A stretch of 64,000 nt of DNA from Tubiluchus corallicola (lineage: Eukaryota > Animalia > Priapulida): assembly GCA_030141605.1 (NCBI GenBank), contig JAQGDQ010000400.1:62001-126000 (forward strand), given 5' to 3'. Position numbers and translations under genes: made by a program. Shown here piece by piece: positions 14,399 through 27,689 of this stretch. The notes under the pieces were generated by a model. The model was not told the DNA's origin and did no database searches. It saw only the letters and a program-made list of their open reading frames with translations. Position 1 is the first letter of the stretch, and each line of letters opens with the position of its first letter.

Positions 14399-14954
14399 GG
14401 TTTAAGAAATTCGTTCCTTATGAATGCTTATATGGCTAACATAAGCCTGAATACGAGAGTGTGTGAGGCAATCTTTAGCTATGTCTAAATAAAACATGGC
14501 TAAGCCTAGTGTGGTCTAAGAAATTCGTTCTTAATGAATGCTTTTATTGCTAACACAAGCCTGAATATGAGAGTGTGTGAGGCAATCTTTAGCTATGTCT
14601 AAATAAAACATGGCTAAGCCTAGTGTGGTCTAAGAAATTCGTTCTTAATGAATGCTTTTATTGCTAACACAAGCCTGAATACAACAGTGTGTGAGGCAAT
14701 CTTTAGTTATGTCTAAATAAAACATGGCTAAGCCTAGCGTGGTCTAAGAAATTCGTTCTTAATGAATGCTTTTATTGCTAACACAAGCCTGAATATGAGA
14801 GTGTGTGAGGCAATCTTTAGCTATGTCTAAATAAAACATGGCTAAGCCTAGTGTGGTTTAAGAAATTCGTTCTTAATGAATGCTTTTATTGCTAACACAA
14901 GCCTGAATATGAGAGTGTGTGAGGCAATCTTTAGCTATGTCTAAATAAAACATG
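14399..14954. repeat. Minisatellite, 114-bp unit x about 4.8
   Basis: aagaaattcgttc recurs at 14404, 14518, 14632, 14746 and 14860. Confidence 0.95.
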
Positions 14955-17459
14955 ACCAGAGCGTTTTTGAATCTATTCTGGAAGCAAACTTATGTTACTT
15001 TAGTAATTTCGGGAAGGGGCTGGTTGTGTTCCAGTCCCAAGGCAAGCAGTCAGCTAAGAGCCAGTTATGCTCTAATCACAATGACTAGCCGTCCCCGTTC
15101 CGGGATAGTTTGGACGAAATGATGAATAACTGCAAACACAGCAATAATTAAAAACCTTTTCCTGTCATTTTCGAAAAAGTTGTAGCTATCCTGCTGGTGG
15201 TATTTTCAGTTGCTACATCAGCTAGTGGTACTTGCATGACATTTGCGCTCCTCGTTAATGAGTGGCACCAAACGCTTTTTACAACACATCATGCCAAAAT
15301 GCTAAAAGCACAAATTCAGTGTCATCGTCGGGTAAAATCAGTATTTGCCTAATAGACGCTTCATGTATGTATCTAAAGTGTTTTGTAGAAAAATAAATTT
15401 GCTATTGCCGGCACAGTATACAGGAACTGGTCTTCACTTAACACACATTGCTTGCTTGGGGGCATTTCTTTCACTGACCTTTACAAATGGTGCTGCAGTA
15501 GTTCTCAAAAGTATATTTCCTGAAATCTACTACAGGACAAGCCACTCTTAGCCCCACGTATTATAACAGTCATCTCTTGTACGTTATAAACATGGTTCAC
15601 AAACTTGTATTTCGTATGCAAAGCTGCCAGCAACATCTGTGCACGGATGGGTGACAATCATGTTTTCCTCCTGTACTGATGCTAAGAATAGCATCTATAC
15701 GACTAGAATTTAACATTCACTTTCTAATGCCACCATTAACTAACTAGAGTTTCTCTTCAAATTAAATAGCAGCAGAAATTGTGAAATCGTTTTCAAGAAT
15801 GTATAAGAACGGGTCACATGAAAATGGATAATCAAACTAGATTTTTGTGGCAGTATTTTATCTGTTTATCTGCGTAGAATTACACATCTTTGAGAATGTC
15901 ATTTAGATGGTATCCATAAATTTTACATAGAAAAAAGTGAAAATTTATGTTATTGTAATAGACGTAAAAATTCACAGACTGAAATAACTTTTTGTGCACA
16001 TTTAGTCTTGATTTAGTAGCTATATGCGATTGCTGCTCTCCCATTTCAAATATCAAAAGGCTGTGATAGCCTGTAGCGAAACAGCATTCAGTTTTCACCT
16101 TAGTTGTGTGTCTAAACGAACACGAATGTCAAAGTTTTCCTTGGTTTGGGGGCAAATACTCATGTTGGTTTAGTAGACAGATTTATGTAGTACCGGTGTA
16201 TCTAAGTACAGTAGGTGCACAAGCAGAACGGAATTACCGACATGTTGTATATATTTTTGATAGTTTAGCTTTGGAGCGCAATTAAAATGTCTATGACTTG
16301 ATTAACACCAGTAATAATGAGCTTGGTTTGGCCGTTGGTAATGCGTCATTGTACATTTTATGTAAATAAAAATAACTGAGGCACTTAAATTAAATGGAGT
16401 CAAAGACCAAGTAACAAAAATCTCGTTACCAAACGTACGTTCAGTGACATAAAGAGGCATCTGGCTTAGCAAGTGAAATGTGTAACATACTTATTGGTTG
16501 CTCCCTCCCTTTTTAGATTATGCTAGTAACGAATGGCAAGCAAATTTGTTTTGCAATACGTAGCAGATGTCTTTTAAGTCACTACTGTTTGACGTAACAG
16601 GTTGAGTACACACATCAGCTGAAATATGGTCATAATTAGAATTCTTGCTTTCACACACACGTTAAATTACGGTAGGCGTAAAAGATTATTTGCATTTCTA
16701 CTGCAGCTGCTAGAATATTTGTTTGTAAATCTTCGTTCTGAGTTGATAAGGGGATCTTCAGAAATAAAATTGTTGTCGAACTAGTCTACCAAATTTACGT
16801 TCCTTCCACATTCGGCAAACGTTAATTCCTGCCTTTTCCAACTTGTACTCGTTTCTTGTTCATTTTGTCATACCAACAAATAAGCATTAAAAGTTCTACG
16901 TGGCTTTCTCTAGGCACTAATTAATTATCAGAAAGCTGGTGTTTGTAAAGCAATGTGCTCAAACCAAACTTCAGCTGCTGAAAAAGGCTGTATTACCATT
17001 CTGACAGAACCTTAAAGCAGTTACGTGAAAAATAATGAAGTAAATATGGAATCATTAAATCCCTTGCTACATCGTGTTTCATCATTGATCTCAAACAGAA
17101 GGAAAATTCTGAGCAAAAATCCTTTGTGTAATTTCAAAGCAGTGGATAATAATAGAAAAGAAATCTACACAGAAAGATACATAATAAAAAAATCCATACA
17201 AGATGTATCGGGTTGCATATAGATGTCACAATAATATCACGAGTAAAAATCGATGATTTTATCGAAATGTTATTTACGAAATATCAGAGTTTGATTAAAC
17301 AATTAAGGAAACAGTTAAAATGTTACGAATAAATAACATAGCAAACGTATCTGCCTCAGATGGCTCGGAGATGGATTGCTTTCGCGCTTCATTTAGTCTG
17401 TTTGCTATATCGTCTGAAGACAAGCAACATAAGCTAACATCAAGCACGATCATCTAATC

Positions 17460-18163
17460 CAGTGGTTCTTAACTTTTTTTACTGCTGGTACCGCCTGGAG
17501 GCGAACAAAGTCGTCTGGTACCCCTTATAGAAATTTACAAAAAGTATGTATATAGGAACAAAGTAGGTTTTTTAAACACCTAAGCAGGCTTCCCATTCGT
17601 TCTGCTCGAGAAAAAAATAAAAACAATTATTAAGACAACATTTTATTAGTTACAACATAATTAAGTTACGACTCACAACATTCAGTGACTTGGTTGTTGT
17701 TGTTTGAATTTAATGATCTTGTGAAATCGGGGACGTTTACCGCTGAGAGCAACTCGCATGTCATGTTGTGGGTCATGGCGATTTCGAAATTTCGTCTTGA
17801 TATGAACGAGCAGAAAACCCATTTTCACACAAGTATGTCGTTGCGAATGCAACCAGCACTCCAAACTGCTTCCACTGCCAACACTGGAAACGTTTCTAAT
17901 TGACTTGCCCAGAAGTCTGCCAGGTCTTTCTACGGAAATAGCGGTTCAGGCGGCTCACAGTGTCAAACCTATTTAGTAAAAGTATATTCTAACAGCGTTT
18001 TAACGATTGGAGTCAGGGTTCAACTACTTTATCCTCTTTGCTTAGCTTTTTTTGAGTCGCTCTCAGGGCAAAATTTTTGATAAACCTGATCTGCATTTGG
18101 TACCCCCTGGGACGGCGTTTGATACTCCCAGGGGGTACCAGGGCCGCAGGTTAAGAACCACTG
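17460..18163 (-). mobile_element. Internally deleted hAT (Buster/Charlie-like) transposon with transposase C-terminal remnant
   Basis: TIR CAGTGGTTCTTAAC, perfect 8-bp TSD ATCTAATC; minus-strand IKTKFRNRHDPQHDMRVALSGKRPRF...KQQQPSH. Confidence 0.9.
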
Positions 18164-19558
18164 ATCTAATCTGTAAACTTTAGTAGAGAGTGAGAATTTT
18201 GTGTTAAACATGCCACTGCGCATCTCTGACTCACTTGCAGAACAGTAATTGGCTACACTGACTATTTTATTTCGGGAAACTGTCGCTAAAATGAATCTGC
18301 CTCTGTCTTATAACTTAAATTATGTTTTATAATCAGGTTTTACAGTGAGCAGATTATGTGCTGTATTTAATTAATCATGTAATTAATCTGTATTTTATAC
18401 CTCAATTTTATTAAAGTTAACCTATATGACGAAAGCTGGGTGAAGAGCTGCTTCCACTTGTTGTAAATTACGCCCAAAACACGAAGACTTTTGCATGTCA
18501 ATGGGCACACGCTTCATATATTCGCTAGACTACTATTGTCATAAGGTTGCCATTTCGAGATTATTCGAGGCCTGGACGACTGACTGGACCACTCCTGGCT
18601 GCAAAAGTGCATAATGACTAGATCAAAATCATCAACAACTGAAAATCATATTAGTTGGCTTTAGTGCAATATCAGAATAGTATGGTACTGATGGCTGACC
18701 GTTCTTCCTGTTAATGCGATTAGACAGAATGAGCAAGCAAAAGTCTACCTCAGCAGCAATCCATAGCCATTAGTGGTATTAACTGTACATATTAGAGCTT
18801 GTCAATACCAGGAGAATGTATAAAGTGGTTCAGCAAGTATGCAGCAAAGGTTTATAGGCCACCGGGGAGGTGAGGGTTATATTAGCCGATCCAAAGTAGG
18901 AAGTTGTGAAGTCTCTAGAAGAGCAGACATTTAGGCAGTTAGATAAAATCCCACAACAATATGGAAATTTAAAACTGTTTCAAGATTGCAGATTAATTTT
19001 CAAAACCTCCAGTACCCACATCTGTTTGCACGATAGGCGCCTGTTCTTTCCTAATGCTTTTACTGGCTTCACTGATGGCTTCTTTAATAGATCAGAGGAG
19101 TTTTTGCACTGCACCATAATGATTAAACGATAAATTTGAAAAGACGTTTTGAACAGTCAAAAATGAACATATTTTTGCAGGCACTCAGTGTACACAGTGT
19201 TTCATACAGAAAATGTCAATGAGTAATGATAATGATAATATTACACGTATCATTGTTATTTTAAACTTTACAGTCAATTTGCCTTTAAAGCACTTTCGAG
19301 TTTATTTTCGTTTATTATCAGTTTGACATGGCAGAACAGTCGGTTATAAACTTTATTACAATAAGTTTGTGTTTTACAGATTAATAATGCAGTTTTATCA
19401 AAAATAGTCTCATGAAAGTGTCAGAGCATGTTAAATTTACATGTATTGTTATGAGTAGTGCATTATTAAGTAACAGTTTCTAATGCATCAATAAAGCTTC
19501 ACCTTCACAGGAACGAGTACGCTGTCTGTCAAATCATTCTATTTTACATCTTTTGCAG

Positions 19559-20230
19559 GATGGAATGGGGAAAATGAGAATCGTGAAAAGTGGTATTAAA
19601 GTGGATGGCGAGTCAGAATTCAAAGGACCCATCTACTTGTCGGGTATAAAGTCGTATGATGAGCCAATTTTACTGAATTCTGCTCGCAATATCACGCTAA
19701 CCGCACGTAATGGCGACAGTATTACTAACAAACTAGTTATTGCGCAGAAAAAGGTGCAGTCGTTCTGCAAACATTTTGAAGTGAAAAGCACTAGCGGTGA
19801 TTCTCTGTTTTATGTGAATGAAGATGAAATGTCGATAGGACCGAAAAAGTTTCGCGTTTCGGGCTCGCAAGGTGCTTCTTTTTCACAGGCGGTACAGACT
19901 CCTTTAGTTAAATCAGAGGCCGGCTCTGAACTGAAATTTGAATCTCCAACAAGAAGCATGAAAATCGAAGCACCCGGCGGTGTTGAGCTTAGTGCCTTAG
20001 GTGGCGACATCTCTGCATTGTGCGCAACTGATCTAAAACTGGAGTCTAACGCTGGAGCCATAGTGCTAGACGCACCAACAATACAACTTAATGAACTTCC
20101 AGTTAGTGAACCAAAAGACAATGGGAAGCAATACGATGAAGTATACCAAGTGTGCACGTGCCAAAGTGGAAAGTTGTTTTTAGCTGAACCGGATGGTGAC
20201 TGTCGGGCAAGTCCTGAAGTATGCCCTTAA
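19559..20230 (+). CDS. SGCD: Sarcoglycan coding exon 2: whole extracellular domain (spliced protein about 282 aa)
   Basis: ttttgcag acceptor, DGMG start, NIT glycosylation site, ESPTRS motif, C-terminal CTC...C...C cysteine cluster, TAA at 20228-20230. Confidence 0.95.
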   Translation, partial: DGMGKMRIVKSGIKVDGESEFKGPIYLSGIKSYDEPILLNSARNITLTARNGDSITNKLVIAQKKVQSFCKHFEVKSTSGDSLFYVNEDEMSIGPKKFRVSGSQGASFSQAVQTPLVKSEAGSELKFESPTRSMKIEAPGGVELSALGGDISALCATDLKLESNAGAIVLDAPTIQLNELPVSEPKDNGKQYDEVYQVCTCQSGKLFLAEPDGDCRASPEVCP

Positions 20231-21482
20231 CATACAGGCGTCTGTCGTTAGATATAAAATTGACAAATATGACAGGAACAGTTGGCCTGCGCAATCTAAT
20301 TTAAAAAGTTTTCACGTTTTAGGAAGCCAGGCCTGAAATATATATATAGAATAGGTATAACGAACAATTCTAAGCGGGCCCAACATTGTGATGCAGCAGT
20401 TGGAAAGAAAAACATCTGTCTATAAAGTAGGCAGATCAATTCTAGATCAATTAGCAAAATAGAGATACTCTGGTCTCTTCGGCTCTCAGCAATGGTTGAA
20501 TGAACTGCTAACTTGGCAGGAAAAGTGTATAACCACTAGCTATAAATTGATTAGGCCTTCAATCTAATATGAGTGTGGAAAGCCATTGACATATAAATTG
20601 CTTAAATGCACTTCCTAAATGCGGTGTTCTTACTAGAGTGCCTTACTGTGTAACACACTGTAAATTTCACGCAACTGCTTTTACTGCACGAATGCAACTC
20701 ACACATGGCGTGACTACAAAAATGCATAGAATTTGCACACTTATAAGTAACGGGAGTTACGGTTAGCGGGGATAGCTTTTGAATAATGAGATGTTAATTT
20801 AGGTTCAGTTATCAGGCTTAGAGAATGGGGAGTCTGCAGTCTGTAACTTTATAGTCTTTCAGTATGGTGATTTTTACTGTATGCGTTGAAGTTTACTTAA
20901 CTAATGATTATAATATAGATACTGCATGTACTGTCCTGTCCGTCCATATGCATGTGCTATGATAAGTATACAACATGCACATAAGCTATTTAGTTGCTAG
21001 TGTTGAATGAGTCTCTTCCTTCGCCCATTACATCCTACCACAGACGTTTCGCGATAACAACTTTCTGGCATTTAATTTCTTAGAATAGCCACAAATGTCA
21101 CGGTTTTCACGGATTTCAGTCGTATTTATAGATGGACGGATAGTATTTATGGATTGGGTTGAATGCATTCACTTGTTTTGTTAGACCATTTGTGTGGCTT
21201 CTTCAAAACTGGGCTCCAAATAGAGAGGTCGGGGGAAACTTGTCAAAATTTATGATAAGATTAATCTGATCTTGTATCATTGTGTATATGACATTGTGTA
21301 TCTTTTATTACTGCCTATTATGGTTATTATTACTGGCTGTTGTGTCTTTTGTAAATTATAAATAATTAATGACAGTGTGTTTATGTTGTTTTTCTGAAGG
21401 TATGCATAAAGTTTAAGTGTGAACAATCAAATTTTTAAAAAGTTCTTATTAAAAGGCACGAAAGGGCATTAATAACTTGGTA

Positions 21483-21982
21483 CATGGGTTCCCTACCTTG
21501 GCTGGGAACACTTGGGGTCGTCAAGCACTTTTCGTGGGGTCGCGGGCTAGTCCAAAAACTATTTTTTAAAAAATGCAGTTTTCATGAAATGTATGTAAGT
21601 AGGTCTTGTTTCCTCAGTCTCTCATTACATCACTTTATTCTGGAAAGTGAAACTGGGTTTCCCCGCTCTAAATGTGGTATGTCAGTGCTTGATTTTCCGA
21701 AAAAATGAAAATGCGCGTTGTTCCATGCTGTACACTTGTGTACAGTGTACACCGCCCAAAAGTGTGTTGCTATTCATTTACCTTGGATACCTATTGCATT
21801 GCAATACTGGTCGCTGAGAAACAATCACTCCATTGCTCAATAATTTGTTGAATAGTAAGTTAAAAATTGCAAATATTATTGATGTTTAATAGTACAACAT
21901 GTGATTATGTTCTTCGTGGGGTTGCCATATGATGCAGGGTTCTGGAAAGGGGTCGCCGTCAACAAAAGGTTGGGAACCACTG
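21483..21982. mobile_element. hAT-type MITE (CAGTGGTTCCCAACC TIR)
   Basis: Right end GGTTGGGAACCACTG, degenerate left end CATGGGTTCCCTACC; inverted homologue at 59868-60015. Confidence 0.7.
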
Positions 21983-22504
21983 AGTTAGTAACTGAACCAC
22001 TGAGTTAGTAACTATCACTGAAATGACTGGCATGATTAATTAATCTATTTACATATTTTTACCTGAACCTTTTGACTACTATGTGACATTGACAATAGAG
22101 GATAGAATGAAAGTCTTCTACACGCATGCTACGAGATGGACATAGTAGGTAACATGGAAGATACTGGCTGCTTGTTCAAAATGGTAACAAAATTCGCAAC
22201 TTCGCTTTACACAATCCTGTTCGTTCATTCTTGAATTTTAATGCATTAGCAAATTAATTCTCTTTGCAAGGCAGTTAAGAAATGACAAGATATGGTATCA
22301 TACCCAAACGTCATTCATTATCATAAAGTTTACTACTTAGACGTTAGACTAGATGTTTTGCGTTCATTCATTCATAATGACATGTTTTTATAGTTATTGT
22401 CAGATGCTTGCTGTAGTGTTACAACTTAATAACGGAAATCTTTAGTTCAACGACAGATGAAAATAACACAGCTTAATTCTTAATGTGTGTAATGAATGAG
22501 TAAA

Positions 22505-22775
22505 AAAATCCACAATTAAAAAGAGGAAAGAGGAAGAAAGGGCACAACTGCTACAATATTTCAAGCTACCACTGTAGTTCTTCAGATGAAAGAAAGAAGG
22601 ACAAAAAAGGGAAGATATGGCAAAAAATTATTAGAACTAGTTCAGATTTATTAGAGCTGGTTTAGTAATTGTAGTAATTCCTCATGATTTTTTCTTCTTT
22701 CACCTGGAAAAGAACTACAGTGGTTGTTTCCAATGCTGAGCCCTTTCTTTTACTTGATTTTAAATGTGAGATTAT
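22505..22775. repeat. Old imperfect inverted repeat (foldback/MITE relic)
   Basis: gaaagggc...accactgtagttctt...gaaagaa mirrored by ttctttc...aagaactacagtggt...gccctttc. Confidence 0.6.
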
Positions 22776-23514
22776 TTATTAATAGTTGAAAATGTTTTAA
22801 ATGTGGTATGTGCTATTCGTGAAAACTTAATCAGACGCGTGACTAAATTTTGTAAAAATTTTAATGACTGGCCATTTGTAATACCTAGCTCAGTTGCTTC
22901 CATTCCAAATGTCTGTAACAGCATGATTACAAATGTGGGAGCTGACAATAATCTTTGACAGTGGGCAGGTTGTACAGACCTCAAAATGACTGATTTGGTC
23001 AGGCTGGGCAAGTCTGATATCACTTGTTTTCAGACTGGGCAGGTCTGATATCACTTGTCTTCAAAGAATCATAATTAACTGAACCTGACAAGTGCATTGG
23101 GTCAGGTGCTTCTAAACGCACCAACCACATTGTTTTCCTTTCCAGTTTAAGACCCTAGTCTGCTGACTGTACCTATAGCTAACATTACAAGAAACCTTTT
23201 CTGCAACTAATAATTTGCTTAATAATAGTCATCTCAGTATTGAAACTTATTATCAAAAAGTACAAATTTCACCAGGAAGTTTTTTGTAAAATGAATTACC
23301 AAGTCTGTTTGTTGTTTATAAACCAGGACACCATTTTGTAACTGATGTTAGTAATATAAAATTTAATTTGCTGGAAATTATACGATTCTTTAGCAGAGCA
23401 TAGAAATATGCAGGAGGGCAAATTTAATCAGCACACATCACACACAAATACCTGCATTATTATATTTCTTTCAGTAAAGTAGCAGGACCATTATTACAAA
23501 AGCAAAGTTTAAAT

Positions 23515-24337
23515 CAGGGCCGGATTAACGCACAAGCAGATTAAGCACGTGGTTAGGGCACCAAGGCTCAAGGGGCACCTAGGTGCCAAAAAATAAATTG
23601 AAAACATAATTTTTAATAAAGTATGTTAAAGACCATAGAAACTTTCAAAATGTGAGGTAGATTGAATTGATTTGATTCGATTTAAATCTTTATTATAAAC
23701 AATGTTCATATAAAAATTTACAACACGTGGTTTACAACTAGTAGAGGGTATAGGAAAATGGGGGCACCTTGGCTGGTTTTTTCATATTATTATATAGCTT
23801 CATAGCACTACGTTTTTATCTTTTGTCACCATGTTTTCACCTATTGCCATGGCAACCAAAACATCTGTAACAGTCATAAACTAAGGTCATATAGAGCAGG
23901 AAGTTTCACGATCAATGGTTCACGCAATGGGGTCATTTTAATGTCCTGTTTAACACCATTCTGGGCCAAAGGTCACTTATGACACAGACTCACAACTTTA
24001 CAAGTTCTTATTCAAAATTTCACAGCAGTGACAACACCTCATAGTGACAACACCTCACTGTGACAACACCTAATAGTTACATCCTTGATCCATCACTAAG
24101 CTACGCATCAAGTTTTTGAAGTCAGTTAAAGAATTTAAGCGGCATGAATCCTTTATAAAGCAATGCAGTTTCTTTTATATATATATACATATAATGTTGC
24201 ATAATTGGTGTCATATAATAAGTAGTCCTATGCTTTAAGTGGCGAAACGTGCACACGGTAGTGCTGGTCAAAGGAGAAGGCTGGGGAACCAGGTGTCGGG
24301 TGTGCTTAGGGCTCCAACACACTATAATCCGCCCCTA
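23515..24337. mobile_element. hAT-type MITE
   Basis: CAGGGCCGGATTA ... TAATCCGCCCCTA ends; TSD GTTTAAAT/GGTTAAAT (7/8). Confidence 0.7.
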
Positions 24338-24629
24338 GGTTAAATTGAAAAAATCAAACCATCTTCATGCAGAGATTTTGCCCAAAACTAAAAAGGGAAA
24401 CATACTAAATAAAGAACAAAAAAACAACACTATTCCACATGCTTAATGTCCTTTTCTGCAATTACTATCCATACATATGAAAGTCTATTACTACACCAGT
24501 AAACTGCGTGGATGTAATTTGGGTTTTAATGGACGACAGCTTGAAAGATTATTTCTTGATGGTAAGGCAGGATTATAAGGTTAAGTTTCAGACCCATTTT
24601 CTACATTTAGCACCAGATGCGCCACCTAC

Positions 24630-24767
24630 CTGGAGAGCCGGAACTCGAGCAGTGTTGATCATGTACGGTTTATTTTTGGTTTCTAGCAATGTTACGAAGG
24701 TCAGAAGTTGGTGCCTGCCGCTAACCGTGCCTCTCTGATCACCGACGTTCTGCTCTATTTCGTGCTC
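24630..24767 (-). CDS. DHX34: DHX34 coding exon 15
   Basis: [46 protein letters not shown]; AG/GT boundaries, phase 0-0. Confidence 0.88.
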
Positions 24768-25280
24768 CTGTAAACAGACAAGGCTACATTTATCACTTGT
24801 AATGAGACAAAAATGATGTAAATGAAATGCCAGAATGGAAATGCAGAGCGGTTATTGCTGCACACATCTAAATAAAGCATTCCCGTTGTTGTTGTAACAG
24901 TGAAAAACTCCGGGAGGCATTTCTAGCAGATGTTAAGCATTGGAGGGGGTTAAGGAGAAAATGAAAAAGGACACCAGAAAAAAGCCACAGAAAAACATTC
25001 AGTGATCAAGATGTCTGAAGTAAATAAACACTGCTAAACCACAGACCCCAGTATAGCATTTCTGTTTTTCTTGTACTACATGTGCAAAAGATTAGCACAT
25101 ACAGATGTCAGGCAAATCTGCAACAAAATTGTAATAATCGTAAAATAAAACAGATAAAGATGCAATATATTGTTGTACTGTTCTCTTTTGTATGGCTTAG
25201 CACTCTGCATGCCAAACTCAGCACTAAAAGCAGAGCCTATCTGATGTAGATGCTAATGGCAGCAGGACCAGAATCTAGCC

Positions 25281-25345
25281 ATATATAATAATCTTTATTT
25301 GCCATTAAAATACATTGATAATCACTGATAAAAACTTTACAGAGC
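25281..25345 (-). mobile_element. 3'-terminal fragment of the LINE at 34209-35075
   Basis: Near-identical ataatctttatttgccattaaaa...cactgataaaaact segment with short TA tail. Confidence 0.75.
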
Positions 25346-25627
25346 TTTAAGCTTGCTTAGTTGGAGGAAGATCGGACAGTACATTGTTTGCACTGCAATG
25401 CCTGCATGGGAATAGCCAGCAATGCACATGGAATGTATTTCGGCTAATTTCATACATTTACAGGATTTCATTATTTATTCTCAGCAATGATGGTGCCAAC
25501 CTCCTGACAAGTTTTGCATACAGGACATAGTGACAGAAGGACAATATCTAAAAATGTTGACATTGTAAACAAATACAATAAAGCAGAATCACTCGTGTAA
25601 AATGACTGAGCAGCAGAGTTTTAGCTA

Positions 25628-26144
25628 CAGCCAACCTTGGATACAAGGGGCACCACGGGTCTCGAAAAAACTGTCCCTTATATCCGATGTCCCTTATAGC
25701 GGAAGTTGAGTCAGACCGAGGGTGTATCTAGACCTGTACTTTTCTGTAGTTTTATCCATATTTTTGTGGATTATTGCTACACATTCAGTGCAAACAGTAT
25801 GTAAGAAGCTCCTTCAGTGATGCGAGATGTATGTGACCGTGGAAACCGAGCTGTTCGAAGGCCGAGTTTGCAAAAAATTGAAGTTAAATAGGATCATAGG
25901 ATCCCTCATAAGCGAGGTAATTTACCTGGGTTTGTCTACCTATAATCTACCGATAATCTACCTATTTCTATTACGCGGGACCTGAGGATATCGTCCCTTA
26001 TAACCGAAAGTCCCTTATATCCGAGTACTTTATATACGAAGCTTTTTATAAGGAAAAACGTTACGAAGAATCCGGACTGGTGTAGGTGGTCCGTTATAAG
26101 CGAGTGCCCCTTATAAGCGAGTACCTTATACCCGAGGTTGACTG
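25628..26144. mobile_element. pogo/Tigger-like MITE, family B copy 1
   Basis: TA|CAGCCAACCT ... AGGTTGACTG|TA; internal CCTTAT repeats; homologous to 62625-63039. Confidence 0.85.
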
Positions 26145-26181
26145 TAATTAATCTTTGCAATGCAAACGATTACACACTTAC

Positions 26182-26343
26182 CTTCAATTGAATTATTTCT
26201 GGATCGGCAGCAAAGACACCGACAGGATGCAAAATAACAAAAGGTTTATCCTTTGTGTGAAACACTTGTTCGGAATCTCTCTTGTAGGAATTATGCTCAT
26301 CAGCTATGGCAAGTTGAGGATACAGACCACTGGTCAGTATAAT
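26182..26343 (-). CDS. DHX34: DHX34 coding exon 14 (OB-fold)
   Basis: IILTSGLYPQLAIADEHNSYKRDSEQVFHTKDKPFVILHPVGVFAADPEIIQLK; canonical splice sites. Confidence 0.92.
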
Positions 26344-27362
26344 CTGAAATTAGTTGGTTGATGATAACTGACATTTTCGATGATATCCAGTGTCGCTTAA
26401 TGTACCGAGTACGCGATTGTAGTATTATGTGACCCATTTAATTGTCAGTCTACTACACTAAAGTACTGAATTAGTCTATGCTGCCATCTACAGTCGTTGC
26501 TTTACTCTAATTATACTAAGTTTGTCAGAGATTGATTTTTGTTTCTAAATATTGTTTCCTTTTGGTTTTATAGATATTCATTAATCAGAGTCATTAGATT
26601 GTTAATTTCATGCTTTAGTTCTGGTTCTAACTCTCTTATTCAAGTTTAAATAGAGAAAAATTATAACACTATAACACAGCTTTCTGTACACAAATAATCT
26701 TTATCCTGCTATCAAAGAAGCCAAGTGGACTTTGATTTTGGTTTAACTAGTAGTCTGTAGAGTATAGGTGACCTTTTATGGTGACCCATTTATGGTCCTG
26801 TATGCATGAATGTGATGTACCTTCCAACAGGAACTTGTATGTCTGGTCATGTGATTACAGCTTTATTTTCCCAGGCATGCAAGTTTCAGTTGATCTAGAG
26901 ACAGCATTGAGAAAGGATGCAAAATTTTTACTGTTAAATATCATATTGCTAATTTTACGACTGTTTGTTCAATTTTGTGATTGAGGTGAACATTGTCTAC
27001 GTTTTACAATAAAATGATTGCAAATATCTACATCCAGCAAGCAACAAAGAATTTAGGACACAAAAACTATACAAGATGAGAACGCGGTATAATGAAGGAT
27101 AATTAAAACAATAGAATAGTCATTCAAAGCTCTGTCATGTAACGTTGATATTATATGCATGAAAAACTTAAAACACGACAGTTTTTAACCTAATCTTTGG
27201 TCAAAATCACATCAGGAAGCATCCGCTAACAATGTGCCACGAGAGCACTTTCAATAAAGATTACCATTATCCCATTAAAGACGAAAAATAATCACAACCA
27301 GTCCAGTTTGTCTGAGGCAAAACAGCACAGTTAAAGATGTTAAATGAAAGTAGGTTTCATAC

Positions 27363-27506
27363 CTTCAAGAGTGTTACGTCCTTGTGTGTTAACTCAGTAG
27401 CCGATACTTCTTCATCAAGTTTTGACTGACCGTATGTCAAGCGGAAGTCCACATCGTGTATGTCCACTCCTTTTTCCTCATCACTGCTGCAGCCATGGTA
27501 ACCAGC
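27363..27506 (-). CDS. DHX34: DHX34 coding exon 13
   Basis: AGYHGCSSDEEKGVDIHDVDFRLTYGQ...KDVTLLK; phase 0-0; acceptor is AAG, so the start is less certain. Confidence 0.8.
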
Positions 27507-27689
27507 CTTAAGATAGTAAAAAGATAAAGCGATAAGTCTAAATGACTACGTATAAATTATGACTAGAATGGAAACATTAATGTCCTTACTTGCTCATTTT
27601 TCATTTCTCGTGGTTAATGGTTTCCATACGAAAATCATGAGAAGTGTTAATGGTTGTCATGGAATCAGTTTTTCATAAAAATTTAAAGC

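Noticed and set aside
2024-19558. A further protein-coding gene nested in the sarcoglycan intron
   Set aside because: The short ORFs show no recognisable domains or consistent exon chain; small exons or ncRNAs cannot be excluded by eye.
19810-20294. Minus-strand ORFs opposite sarcoglycan
   Set aside because: Antisense shadows of a real exon; DHX34 needs no exon here because exons 15 and 16 join directly.
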